Shown here in pieces: positions 15,001 to 20,737 of a stretch of 64,000 nucleotides of DNA. The stretch comes from an uncultured bacterium. Lineage in GTDB: Bacteria > Patescibacteriota > JACMRA01. The first letter of the stretch is position 1; each line of letters begins with the position of its first letter. The position numbers and the translations under genes are program-made. The stretch spans positions 1,208,641 through 1,272,640 of the forward strand of contig OY969926.1 of the NCBI GenBank assembly GCA_963704645.1, read 5' to 3'. The notes under the pieces were generated by a model. It did not search any database and had not been told where the DNA came from. It saw nothing but the letters and a program-made list of their open reading frames with translations.

Positions 15001-15040
15001 ACCAATTTAACTTAGCCTGTGGGCCACTTCTGAAACTCAT
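1..15040 (-). CDS. Giant multidomain surface protein/adhesin (>5000 aa, runs off the window start): signal/TM, ~10 Cys-rich Ig-like repeats, NIDO-like, 5x[IPT + 7 RCC1 repeats], autotransporter-type beta-strand repeat, CUB, IPT + SBBP propeller, Big_9/cadherin-like repeats
   Basis: Manual translation from ATG 15040 gives MSFRSGPQAKLNWFKKILK..LLLLTLIMLIGGLMAASNLTPRDFKIAQA. The same frame reads GRFHTCALLSTGNVKCWGY near 7000 and PVAANDTATTNQGVPVVIDVLTND near 100. It is probably missing from the ORF track because its stop lies outside the window. Frame continuity was spot-checked, not verified codon by codon. Confidence 0.9.
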   Translation of the reverse strand, partial: MSFRSGPQAKLNWFKKILKTRKFNNNKFLNTGLLLLTLIMLIGGLMAASNLTPRDFKIAQASGDIVNEDIASLICEPTAAIVNTTVNCIITTNEDQSTFTGSVDVRIGTSGIVVNCPVEASGTTISCNNIPVGSNPGTLTSQYSASGSSSVYANGNDIVVSAEPFNYTQTLNASGFSWVDATDGDSTGLFADDNSILKSLPFTFNFYGNAYNSMYISSNGLISFNGANSSYSNTVLPSTGTSSRNIIAPYWADLYNGGGQGTIYTKTIGDPGNQTFVIEWNQVQKCCGSGSLTFQVLLSQNGAIAIQYLNMSELGSSASIGLSDSLGLVGRQAVYRSNVLTNNYRITYEIPNLNPAIQNSDITSLTCNPVTGIVNTTVNCTIITNVDQNTLSGSVNVRIGDSGTIVNCPIAASGTSISCNNIPVGNNGGTFASQYSASGSSPVYANGNDIVVIPTTPIENSNISSLTCNPTTAIANTTVNCTITTSTDQNILSGSVNVRIGDSGTVVNCPLAASGTTLACNNVNVGSNGGTLTSQYSASGSSSVYVNGNDIVVIPITPIQNSNISSLTCNPTTAIANTTVNCTITTSTDQNILSGSVNVRIGDSGTVVNCPLAASGTTLACNNVNVGTNVTTLTSQFAASGSSSTYINGNDIVVEPIILAPNTGNILGGTTVTFTGAGFSNQARVVKTSSGSLHTCALLSNGSVKCWGYNGNGQLGYGDTANLSTPGVDIPLGDTATQITSGYFHTCALLSNGSVKCWGNNGNGQLGYGDFTQRNAPGPSISLGSTATQISSRGAHTCALLSNGNVKCWGSNFNGQLGYGNTTTRNTPGPDIALGGTAIQVITGGDHTCAVLTAGNVKCWGSNSNGQLGYGDSTQRNAPGPDINLGSNAISANAGFYHTCALLSTENVKCWGANSSGQLGYGDTTQRNAPGPDINLGANATSISTSSYHTCALLSNGNVKCWGENYNGQLGYGDYSQRNAPGPDINMGTAAAFISTGGGNTCAVLSTSNVKCWGNNEYGQLGYGDTIQRNIPDANIVPVLVTFTVTFDGIAASSVTYVNSTTITAVTPARSEGIVNVVLTNGDSSTYNLNNGYTYAVPRNINNLDIASLSCSPTTAIINTTVNCIITTNINQNELSGSVNVRIGDSGLVVNCPVNASGTTITCNNIPVGANSGTFASQYSGSGNNSVYSNGNNVAVIPITLSPTSGNTVGGTTVTFTGTGFTSQARVVQTSAGQNHTCTLLSTGNVRCWGYNGNGQLGYGDTTNRSSALSDINLGVSATQISTGENNTCALLSNGNVKCWGYNGNGELGYGDTVQRNAPGSEINLGATTIQIIAGRFHTCALLSTGSVKCWGANFSGQLGYGDNTQRNAPGSDINLGAAATQVSVGDVHTCAILSSGNIKCWGGNFYGQLGYGDTTSRNAPGPDIVLATSATKITLGGSSTCAILSSGKAKCWGDNSYGQLGYGDTTSRSVPGSDLSLGANARQISVGPFHTCALLSNEKLKCWGANFSGQLGYGDYSLRTLPGQDIVLGANSLQVAAGSNHTCAVLSADSVKCWGDNSYGKLGYGDTIGRASPASDSLSILGNLSALFDGIAATSVTIVNPTTISAVTPAHADGLVNVVLTNGDGAAFNLNNAYTYAAPPDVVNSNISSLTCTPTTAIANTNVNCTITTNVDQNTLSGSVNIRIGDSGTVVNCPLVPSGTTITCNNINVGSNGGTFASQYSASGSSSVYANGNDIVVIPITPIQNSNISALVCNPTPTVANTTVNCTTTTNTDQNILSGSVNIRIGDSGTVVNCPLVPSGTTITCNNIPVGNNGGTFASQYSASGSSPVYANGNDIVVVPITITPNVGSTVGGSNVTLSGTRFTPQPRVIQTSVGANHSCALLSSGNVKCWGANYYGQLGVGSFINSNLPGPDVDLGATATMVVAGDSHTCAILSNGNVKCWGYNGNGQLGYGDTSLRTIPGPEIALGATATMVTTGQSHTCALLSNGNVKCWGYNGYSQLGYGDNIDRSSPGPDVDLGATATMVTTGQSHTCALLSTGNVKCWGYNGNGQLGYGDFTSRTLPGPDISLGGAVTQLNVGSNHTCALLSNGNVKCWGNNGEGQLGYGDTTQRNTPGSDIALGDTASQIATGFSNTCALLSSGNVKCWGANYSGQLGYGDTTRRTSPGSNIALGLSANQVSVGSSHVCSVLSNESVKCWGGNSNGQLGNGNTTELTSPANNSISIQSLLSLSFDGIAATSVTYVNPTTIIAVTPAHAEGLVNVVLTNGDGAVYNLNDLYTYVVPRTITNEDIASLVCSPSSSFAEFNVSCIITTNIEQNNFLGSVDVRIGTSGTVVNCPVAVIGSTIICNNVPLGGNAGTLTSQYSASGSNSVYVNGNDIVIAPAKIPIQNSDISSLVCNNASNTIYVNSLVNCTITTNVDQTTLSGSVNVRITTSGTVVNCPVAANGTTVSCNNIPVGSNPGTLTSQYSASGSNSVYADGANIEVILPTITPNSGNIAGGSNVTFTGVGFTSQARVVQTSAGEYHTCALTSVGNVKCWGENSNGQLGYGNTTNRNSPGPDIALGSTATQVSVGNRYTCAVLSTGNVKCWGANFNSQLGYGDTVQRNLPGPDIALGATATQVSAGTSHTCALLSTGNVKCWGNNQYGQLGYGDTANRNLPGPDIALGATATQVSVGRFHTCALLSTGNVKCWGYNGYGELGYGDDTNRNLPGPDIALGNTATQVFAGEIRTCAVLSNGSVKCWGYNGNGELGYGDNVSRNLPGPDIALGSTATLVSGGTNHTCALLSTGNLKCWGFNSNGQLGYGNTANRNTPGQDIALGGVATQISTGAYQTCALLSSANVKCWGGNFYGQLGYGDLTGRTSPASNSISMPGSLSASFDGMAASFVTVVNSTTITAVTPAHAAGLVNVVLTNGDGTVYNLNNAYTYAVPRPIINSDITSLTCNPNTVMENGAVNCTIITSADQNILLGSVNVRIGISGVVVNCPLVASGPTITCNNIPTSSNPGTLTSQYSASGSGSVYANGGDVTVILPTITPNSGNIAGGSSVTFTGAGFTSQARVVQTSAGKNHTCTVLSTGKVRCWGYNLYGQLGYGDDTDRNTAGSDLDLGGAATQISAGERHTCALLSSGNVKCWGYNGWGQLGYGDYTDRNTPGPDVDLGGAATQIITSTDRTCALLSSGNVKCWGYNNYGELGYGDTASRDTPGPDVDLGGAATKIISGTYHTCALLSTGSVKCWGDNSYGQLGYGDTTQRTSPESDIDLGGTATQITVGDSHTCALLSSGNVKCWGYNGYGQLGYGNTTNRNTPGADIALGAATIQLTAGANHTCSILSTGNVKCWGYNGYGQLGYGNTTNRNTPGLDLVLGGTATQVSAGDNHTCAQLSTGNVKCWGYNFAGQLGYGDTTQRTSPASNSINIQGSLSATFDGVAASSVTAVNSTTITALTPARAPGLVNVVLTNGDGTQYTGLTYLYASRICTWTGSINSNFSNSGNWTNCQDSIPNSETSIIFPSSASTYNLNNDIVGLSLSTVVVESLNSQPYILSGNNLNVSAGISTTAGSGDFIFNTNVTSCKIEGSGNITINAGKTYTTGCDSLNSQFSGNINGTGTFVKNGQSNLIFTANQKIDPNFILNSGTLEINYSSATTLNGTVDVNNGTIWVFGNLNVPNSSINLNNSSTIQQRPGLITAYGINFNGGSASSYGAWATNKTTITSSNLNLNGTRLDLSFFGNTVGETRTLIETTNGNVITGEFSNLPAGSSATFQNGDKTVQVSATYTSTRVTLTVTNIVINYCSGTETYSESSGNVSSGSSAYRINSNCRWIIAPVNAESVTLDFNNLETEEGVDVVKVYDGLTTDSLVLGEFSGNNLPSSITSNSGLMVITFTSNDSNIDPNADPDSIPSDLDLSGFNANWTSALTPNPSISSVSPTYGPASGGTNVTVNGANFVEGQYQDISSIGSTNYDGIRGMVVDSTGQYVSGEFTGTITLGFTTLVSSGEQDIYIAKIDSAGNYLWATKAGGSTRDGFTRKQSMGNDEADNAIVVAGYYSGTATFGSTTLTGSVGSNVFIAKINKTTGEFIWAKGGGGTANTIFNVGTEFPVQNGTNVDVDDAGNIYFSGKVSGSTATFGNFSFNIASSFGEFFIAKLSPNGDYIWVKHYPYSAMLSPSDTNGDNGEMHGLTVDSNGNVYTTMGYTQSITFGSTTLNSLSNFSNGTGSSSNIAILKLNSSGNEVWAVNGGTVGPINLNTDLPYGIKLDSAENVYVTGYFGGSVGRFGTIDVNGSLTGATVFTAKLTSTGVFQWVKSLPSPGFGTSRDLFIDSNDRIWIGGGYSSALTDGIKKITGAGTNAFFAQYDTSGNLVQLNGIGGTGGRLAIGGVGGNQVRAVYEYNGKLYIAGEYFDTVGIGGITITSEGDQDGFYTNFNPNDISVTVCGVELKGTYISSGQLTATTLPSNGLSQTVSVSNSNGQSASLENAFTCILDLQPTPDTSTTPESTPITIDVLANDANATNICVGSINLGSNAANGIATIVPSGTAGSTVDKILFTPTIGYFGTTSFTYTACSTVAGTNPSSETTVTITVTPVNPVAVNDTVTTDQNNSVTIDVLANDSDPSAQVLTICIPLSSPSNGSIAKTVIGTVEQIIFTPTPGYSGNTSFTYTACDPAGNPSNTATVDVTVIPNIAPVANDDTSDGSKNNPIVINVTGNDTDSDGNLDLTSVTIETVPTKGTVNINPVTGEATYTPTPSSYPSSGSDTFTYKIKDNDGDYSNIATVTISITVVLPIANPDSGTLNSNSAIVIDVLANDTNATSICTGSVPATTPNGTAIISGNQITYTPNNNYTGTDTFTYKACNIDGESSTTTVTITVNNTPPVAVNDTITLPAFNPADVDVSANDTDAEGNANLDKASIVITTQPATGTVSVNTTSTSSDFGKVTYTPNANSNIAFVSPFSDTFGYTIKDSGSPTLESNSATVTVLYTPVAANDTATTNQGVPVVIDVLTNDLAASTVCDFGADNFTSPAKGILTLS
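4820..12990 (-). repeat. Five blocks of seven 153-bp RCC1/BLIP-II-type coding repeats (~4820-5880, 6440-7500, 8380-9430, 10310-11370, 11930-12990)
   Basis: The CCCCA(A/G)CA (CWG) motif recurs every 153 bp, e.g. 4881, 5034, 5187, 5340, 5493, 5646, 5799. Consensus is GxxHTCAllstGnVKCWGxNxxGQLGYGDT. Confidence 0.92.
13080..13980 (-). repeat. 300-bp tandem repeats of a 4-Cys Ig-like domain (further copies near 5960, 7590, 7900, 9530, 9830, 11450, 14560)
   Basis: 13162-13352 matches 13462-13652. Unit reads ISSLTCNPTTAIANTTVNCTITT..GSVNVRIGDSGTVVNCP..GTTLACNN..QYSASGSS.VY.NGNDIVV. Confidence 0.85.
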
Positions 15041-15067
15041 ATTTATTTCTATTTTTGTTTTAAAGTT

Positions 15068-15096
15068 ACTATAACCCTTAACCACATTTTTGTCAT
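15068..15096 (-). promoter_or_regulatory. Putative sigma70 promoter of the giant gene
   Basis: Minus strand reads ATGACA-17 nt-TATAGT, followed by an A-rich leader AAAAACAAAAATAGAAATAAAT-ATG. Confidence 0.55.
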
Positions 15097-15310
15097 TTTG
15101 AGTTTTTTTAAGCTGGGTATATTTTACACTACTTTTCTACAAAAAAACTTTTCCATACTTAATAATATTTTGTTTCAGTTTTTAATCTATAAATGTTTAG
15201 AAGTATTATATTTAAATGAAATAATAAGAAAAGCTTGTAGAAAATTAATTGCTTGGAAAACAAAAATTGTATGCTTGTATTCAGATGGTAAATTTGCAGG
15301 TAACAAAAGA

Positions 15311-15631
15311 ATGAATTGGAAATTTTGGGTATTATTTGTTGTGGCAATCTATTTGATTGCAGTCCTAAGACTTGATGTACTGAGCACGTTAATTGCACTA
15401 GTTGGTCTCGCAATTGGTTTATTTGTAATCACAAGTGTTTTTGTTCTTGTAGTAATAATTTTGATTATCTCCGCAATTTTATCAATTCCATATTTGGCTC
15501 TAGGTTGCCATGGGATTGTAATAAAGAATGGTGAAACTTTTTGCACAAAAGGAGATGGTGCAGTCATTAAAGTCAATAATGTTAATACATTTTTCGGGGT
15601 AATGGCAAAATCCGCTCCTTCATTAATATGA
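15311..15631 (+). CDS. Small membrane protein, hypothetical
   Basis: ATG at 15311 (MNWKFWVLFVV..) starts a very hydrophobic stretch and is followed by a terminator hairpin. The TTG start at 15098 looks like a spurious extension. Confidence 0.6.
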   Translation: MNWKFWVLFVVAIYLIAVLRLDVLSTLIALVGLAIGLFVITSVFVLVVIILIISAILSIPYLALGCHGIVIKNGETFCTKGDGAVIKVNNVNTFFGVMAKSAPSLI

Positions 15632-15637
15632 ACTTTT

Positions 15638-15666
15638 CAAGCCCCAAATGTAGGGGCTTGTTTCTT
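15638..15666 (+). terminator. Intrinsic terminator
   Basis: CAAGCCCC-AAATGTA-GGGGCTTG followed by TTTCTT, just after the stop codon. Confidence 0.7.
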
Positions 15667-15767
15667 GGGCAATTTTAGATTGTGTGTAATTGATTATGTT
15701 TAAACTACTTATATTTTGATGGTTTGATTTTGGGTATTGGACTAATTTAGTTTTAAGGCCGCAAAAA

Positions 15768-15791
15768 GGAGATGACAAGCATCTCCCCTAC
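15768..15791 (-). repeat. GTAG-type REP-like palindrome downstream of topA
   Basis: Minus strand reads GTAG-GGGAGATG-CTTGT-CATCTCC. Confidence 0.5.
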
Positions 15792-15826
15792 GCTTGTCTC
15801 AAATTATATTATGAGACTCTAGAACC

Positions 15827-18184
15827 TTACTTTTTCTTTGCCTTACTAAAACTGGATTTAGTTGGTGTTTTCTTGCTAAACTTTGATGGTGACTTTGTAT
15901 CTGTATTAGCTGCTGCCTTTTTTGGTTTAGCTGTATCTGCTGGGTCTTGTCCCTCTATAAAACCACAAACTTCGGCTGGAAGTGAACAACCCAGGAAAGA
16001 TTTTCCTCTAAAACCGCGTTTCATAACCATAACACCAGCCTTGTTTCCTGTGCGTTTTGCCAATGCACAACGTGGACATTCTCCTAAACTTATTGGGGCA
16101 ACGGTGTGGTTATTACCTACTTTATAATCGGGGCAGGCAATGTAAGTTTTTAAACTAGCCTTAGAAACTCTAACTATTAAGTCTTTTTCACACACTTCGC
16201 ATTTTCTATTTTGCAATTGAACATTAAATTTTTCTCTAGCTTCATCTAAAGCCACAATGTACTCTCTAAAGTTTTTTGGGAACTGGTGTTCTGCATGTTC
16301 CTGACACTGAAAATATTCACCGAAACGTCCAATTTTAAGTACCATTGCTGCATTACAAGTGGGACAAGGCACATCGGTTTGACTGCTTCTATAAGTATCT
16401 TTCTGTTCTTTAATTACAGCACTTTTTTCTTCAACTTCTTTCTTAAAGGGAAACCAGAAATTACTTAAAACTTGAGCATATTCCTTTTCACCACGGCTAA
16501 TATCATCTAAACTATCTTCCATTTCAGCTGTAAGTTCAGAGCTAGTAACTTCCTTAAAATTATCGAACAAAAGCTTATCAATTTTGCGTCCAAGCACAGT
16601 TGGTTTCATGCTGTTGTTTTCAATAACAACATATTCTCTGTCTTGCAAAGTAGAAATAATGGTGGCGTATGTACTAGGCCTTCCAATACCAGCTTCTTCT
16701 AAATGTTTAATTAAACTAGCTGGGGAATATCTGCTTGGTGGGCGGGTATTTTTTTGGAAAGCTAAAATATTTTCTAGGAACAAGCTTTGCCCTTCTTTTA
16801 ACAATTGCTTTGGGGTTAAAGTATATTCTTCGCCAGTAACTAGCTTGTATCCAGGCGAAATTGTCCAAGAAAGTGAACCAGCAAAAGCATCTGAATTAGA
16901 GTTTTCCAAGTCCATTACATATCTTTGACGAAGTTCATCGGTCATTTGACTGGCTACCATTTGCTGCCAAATTAAAGTGTAAAGGCGGTGCAAAGGCGAT
17001 TCAATTTTACCTTTCAAACTATCAGGATGCAAAGCAGGGTTAATAGGGCGAATAGCTTCGTGAGCTTCCTGGGCGTTGCGGCTTTTAGATTTGTATATTC
17101 TGGGCGAAGAAGGAAGAGCTTGAGGATGGTTTTTAGAAATCCAATCACGGGCAATTGCTACAGATTCAGCGGACAAGTTGGTACTATCAGTTCTCATGTA
17201 GGTAATTAACGCTGTAGATCTACCGCCAATGTCTACGCCTTCATATAACTTTTGAGCTAATTGCATGGTCTGTCTTGGGGCAAAACCTAGTCTTGTAGAA
17301 GCAGATTGTTGCAAAGTAGAAGTTGTGAAAGGTGCTTTAGGTGAAGATTTTTCGTCTTTTGGGGTAATTTTTTCTACTTTAAATTCGGTGTTGGTTAAAG
17401 TTTTAGAAACCAAATCTTCCATTTGTTTTTGGGATGAAATTGGATTAGGAATTTTTTGGCCGGCAATTTTGGTTAGCTTCCAAGTTTGATTGGCTTTATC
17501 TTTAGCAATTGTTTCGTCTTCCAATAAATTAAGTTTAAGTTTGGCTAAAGTATTTTTTTCCTGAATGAATTCACCTTCAATTTCCCAATATTCTTCAATT
17601 ATAAAAGCTTCAATTTCATCTTCACGAACACAAACTAAATGCAAAGCCGGAGACTGTACCCTACCCGCAGATAAATGATAATTCCCCATTGTATTCCATA
17701 AAACTGGCGAAAGTTTGTAACCTACTAGCTTATCTAAAACTTGCCTTGCCTGTTGTGCTGCAACTAATTCTTGATTTAGGTGCCGTGGACTAGCTAGAGC
17801 TTCTTTAATTGCTTTAGGTGTAATTTCATGAAATTCTAAACGTTTAATTTTAGACTTATCTTTAAAACCCAAGACCTCTGCTAAATGCCAAGAAATAGCT
17901 TCACCTTCTCTATCCGCGTCGGTTGCAAATAATACAACAGGATTGGTTTTAACTAATTGCTTTAATTTAGCTACAACGTCAGTTTTTTTAGGATCAGTTT
18001 GATAGTAAGGATGAAAATTGTTTTCAATATCTATACCGTTAATTTCTAGGGTTTTACCCTCTTTCGTTTTCTTATCATCACTTAAACCACGAATATGTCC
18101 CACAGAAGCCATTACAGTATATTCAGACCCAACAATATGGGAAATGGTTTTAGCCTTAGCCGGAGATTCTACAATTATCAACAT
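15827..18184 (-). CDS. topA: DNA topoisomerase I
   Basis: LIIVESPAKAKTI, ATDADREGE (TOPRIM), SAGRVQS, LITYMRTDS (catalytic Tyr), QEAHEAIRP, GIGRPSTYA and C-terminal zinc ribbons. Confidence 0.98.
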   Translation of the reverse strand: MLIIVESPAKAKTISHIVGSEYTVMASVGHIRGLSDDKKTKEGKTLEINGIDIENNFHPYYQTDPKKTDVVAKLKQLVKTNPVVLFATDADREGEAISWHLAEVLGFKDKSKIKRLEFHEITPKAIKEALASPRHLNQELVAAQQARQVLDKLVGYKLSPVLWNTMGNYHLSAGRVQSPALHLVCVREDEIEAFIIEEYWEIEGEFIQEKNTLAKLKLNLLEDETIAKDKANQTWKLTKIAGQKIPNPISSQKQMEDLVSKTLTNTEFKVEKITPKDEKSSPKAPFTTSTLQQSASTRLGFAPRQTMQLAQKLYEGVDIGGRSTALITYMRTDSTNLSAESVAIARDWISKNHPQALPSSPRIYKSKSRNAQEAHEAIRPINPALHPDSLKGKIESPLHRLYTLIWQQMVASQMTDELRQRYVMDLENSNSDAFAGSLSWTISPGYKLVTGEEYTLTPKQLLKEGQSLFLENILAFQKNTRPPSRYSPASLIKHLEEAGIGRPSTYATIISTLQDREYVVIENNSMKPTVLGRKIDKLLFDNFKEVTSSELTAEMEDSLDDISRGEKEYAQVLSNFWFPFKKEVEEKSAVIKEQKDTYRSSQTDVPCPTCNAAMVLKIGRFGEYFQCQEHAEHQFPKNFREYIVALDEAREKFNVQLQNRKCEVCEKDLIVRVSKASLKTYIACPDYKVGNNHTVAPISLGECPRCALAKRTGNKAGVMVMKRGFRGKSFLGCSLPAEVCGFIEGQDPADTAKPKKAAANTDTKSPSKFSKKTPTKSSFSKAKKK

Positions 18185-18497
18185 AAATTACAAGTTTTAG
18201 CGCCTACCTAGGCTAGTCTGAACAATACTATTCTACAAAATTATTCTTCGCAAGAAAAAAAATGCATACAAACTAGCTGGTGGTGATATAGTTTTGGTTT
18301 GTGGTCAAGAAACATTATTAATTACCAGATCTTATTTTAAGTTCAAAAATTAGTTGTGGCAGTAAATTATTTTTAGTCCATTTTTTTTTCTTTGGGTTTA
18401 AAACTTCGCCCAAGCATTCATTAATTTTATTCATTTAGTTAGTTTTAGGATAATAATACTACCCTATGTAAGGCCAAATATAGAAAAATTATTTTTG

Positions 18498-19700
18498 CTA
18501 TTTAACAACCTGGCAAAGTGCAAGAATATAGCTTAAGTCTGGATAGCAAGACATATGGGTTACGGCAAAACTAGACTCATTCATTTCACCAATAAAAGAT
18601 TTTAATGTGTGGCTATAATGATTCCAAATTACTATTTCCTCATTTTCTTTGAAAGAGAGTATTTTACTTCCCCATTCTAAATTAAATTCTAAATCAATAT
18701 CCTTTAATAATTTCATTACTTGCAGTCTCCTACCAGAATTTTCATCATACTTACTTACTATTTCGTACATGTCTGTTTTAAAACCTAAAAGCTGGGGTAT
18801 CCAAAGTTTCAAGGATGTTATGTAGGGGTTATTAGCTGTAACAAAACTAGACCTCCATTCAGGTGTATCAAGGCCGTTGTCTAAAATTAAAATATCGTCT
18901 ACACCCATACTATTTTTTAAATTTTTTAATACTTGCTGTCTGTTTGCTACATTACCGAGTGTAGAGCCAATAAATAAAAGAACATTACAAGAGTTGGAAT
19001 TTTTTAACTTATTATTAAATAGTAAATCACGTATTAAAATTTGTTCAATATCTGCTACAATATTATTTACTTCAATATTTGGATACCATTTTTCCATATT
19101 TTTAGTTAAAATATTTTGAATGTCCTTACTTAAATCTATACTTGTATAGTTTATTTTAGCTTGTGTTTGTAGAATATCTATTAGGGGTTTAATAGTGTAC
19201 CCATTGCCAGGACCAATATCAATAATATTAACTTGTTCATAATCTTTAAGTCTAAAATCAAAATAGTTTAAGCTTGTTTCCAATAGCCTATTTGTTTCGT
19301 CCAAATGATAATCTTTATTATTAATCATTGACTTAACGTATTCATCCCACAATTTAGCTCCTCCATTTAAATAGGCAAATTTTAGTGGAATACTACCATT
19401 ACTTTCTAGGCTGGTAATAAGCTCAATAATTTGACTTTCATTTAAAATATTTTTCAATGCTGGGCTTGTAGTTATCTTCTCGAAAGCAATCTTATTTCTA
19501 TATTTTTCTGCATTAGTTTTTAGTTTAAGCAATTCAGCCTCATTATGCTGGTTATCAATTATGAAGTATTTATTATTTATTTCGTGCAACAGCAAATTAT
19601 TTTCTTTTTTTAGTGCAGCTTCGACCCATCTTGCAACAGTAGGGTGAGCAACTCCAAGTTGTTTAGAAATAGTGTAATTTCTTATTGTTTTGATATCCAT
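18498..19700 (-). CDS. N-terminal HTH fused to an EgtD-like (Methyltransf_33) SAM-dependent methyltransferase domain
   Basis: ISKQLGVAHPTVARWV is HTH-like. IPLKFAYLNGGAKLWDEY, IIDIGPGNG and LLFIGSTLGN match EgtD-family motifs. Confidence 0.8.
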   Translation of the reverse strand: MDIKTIRNYTISKQLGVAHPTVARWVEAALKKENNLLLHEINNKYFIIDNQHNEAELLKLKTNAEKYRNKIAFEKITTSPALKNILNESQIIELITSLESNGSIPLKFAYLNGGAKLWDEYVKSMINNKDYHLDETNRLLETSLNYFDFRLKDYEQVNIIDIGPGNGYTIKPLIDILQTQAKINYTSIDLSKDIQNILTKNMEKWYPNIEVNNIVADIEQILIRDLLFNNKLKNSNSCNVLLFIGSTLGNVANRQQVLKNLKNSMGVDDILILDNGLDTPEWRSSFVTANNPYITSLKLWIPQLLGFKTDMYEIVSKYDENSGRRLQVMKLLKDIDLEFNLEWGSKILSFKENEEIVIWNHYSHTLKSFIGEMNESSFAVTHMSCYPDLSYILALCQVVK

Positions 19701-19792
19701 GGGGTAAAGTTGTTGTTTGGTGTTTATTATTTGACATGCTTACAAAAATATTGTACACATTGGCCACACAATTTTTAAGTACAAATAATTAT

Positions 19793-20020
19793 ATGAATTT
19801 ATTAAGTAATTTACCAGAAAGACATAATTTTGATATGGTTAATAAGGGTTTAAGTAAGGGTTTTGAACTACAACCTTTAGAGTCGGATAAATTCTATCAA
19901 TTTATTTGTAACCTTTTAAAAGAAGTAGAACTTGCCTATTGCTTAGGACCTTGTCTTAGCCAAGACCAAATTAATTATCTAAAGCGTCAATTTAGGCAAA
20001 ATGTCAATACATTAAAATAA
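19793..20020 (+). CDS. Small hypothetical protein, first gene of the NTase operon
   Basis: The ORF ends 3 nt before the next ATG. TTGACA at 19731 overlaps the upstream ATG 19736, which favours the start at 19793. Confidence 0.5.
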   Translation: MNLLSNLPERHNFDMVNKGLSKGFELQPLESDKFYQFICNLLKEVELAYCLGPCLSQDQINYLKRQFRQNVNTLK

Positions 20021-20023
20021 AAT

Positions 20024-20737
20024 ATGAGTAGTTCAGTTCAACGAGTTAAACTTTTGTGTGAAAATTTAGACATTAAAAGTAATATTATCTGCCTTCTTCA
20101 TTATGGCTCTGTTAAACAAAGAGAGGATTTTACTAACACGTCAGATTTAGATTTTCATTTAGTTCTAAAAAATTTAAACAGCACAACTTTGGTACAAATA
20201 AAAGAAATATTTGGATTTAGTAATAAAATTGACTTAACATATCTGACATTAGATGAAGTTATTTGTGGAGATCAAATTATATTTAATAATGGAAATCAGG
20301 GAATTTACTTTATGCACATACTTGCTTCTTCCGAAATTTTAGTTGGTGAAAATATATACAAAAAACTTATTTTGAAAGCAAATGAATCAAAGATTAATAG
20401 ATCAATAATCGAAAAAGTTCGTTACTATATTTGGCTGTTGAGAAGAAACTTTGTATTTGAAAATGATATACTTATTCACAAAAAATATTTTGTAAGAATT
20501 TTAAAAGATATACTAATACTTCAAAAAATAATCAATTACGAAAATATTTCTAAGTTTAATAATAGACAAATAATATCTCTATTTATAGAGAATAACCACT
20601 TAGAAGTAAATGAAATAGTACTTATTAATTCATTAATAAATTTAGAAAATGTGAAAAGTCCAAAAATTCCTGAAACTTTAACTTTATTTAAAAAATTCAT
20701 TGATAACATTGTATGGAAGAACCTAGAAATAATTTAA
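20024..20737 (+). CDS. Pol-beta superfamily nucleotidyltransferase with a helical C-terminal domain
   Basis: HYGSVKQREDFTNTSDLDFHLV (GS..DxD) with a third acidic residue in KIDLT. Confidence 0.8.
   Translation: MSSSVQRVKLLCENLDIKSNIICLLHYGSVKQREDFTNTSDLDFHLVLKNLNSTTLVQIKEIFGFSNKIDLTYLTLDEVICGDQIIFNNGNQGIYFMHILASSEILVGENIYKKLILKANESKINRSIIEKVRYYIWLLRRNFVFENDILIHKKYFVRILKDILILQKIINYENISKFNNRQIISLFIENNHLEVNEIVLINSLINLENVKSPKIPETLTLFKKFIDNIVWKNLEII

Noticed and set aside
18498-19700. Calling this gene egtD (ergothioneine biosynthesis)
   Set aside because: It carries an extra HTH and has no egtB or other pathway genes nearby, so only the family-level call is supported.
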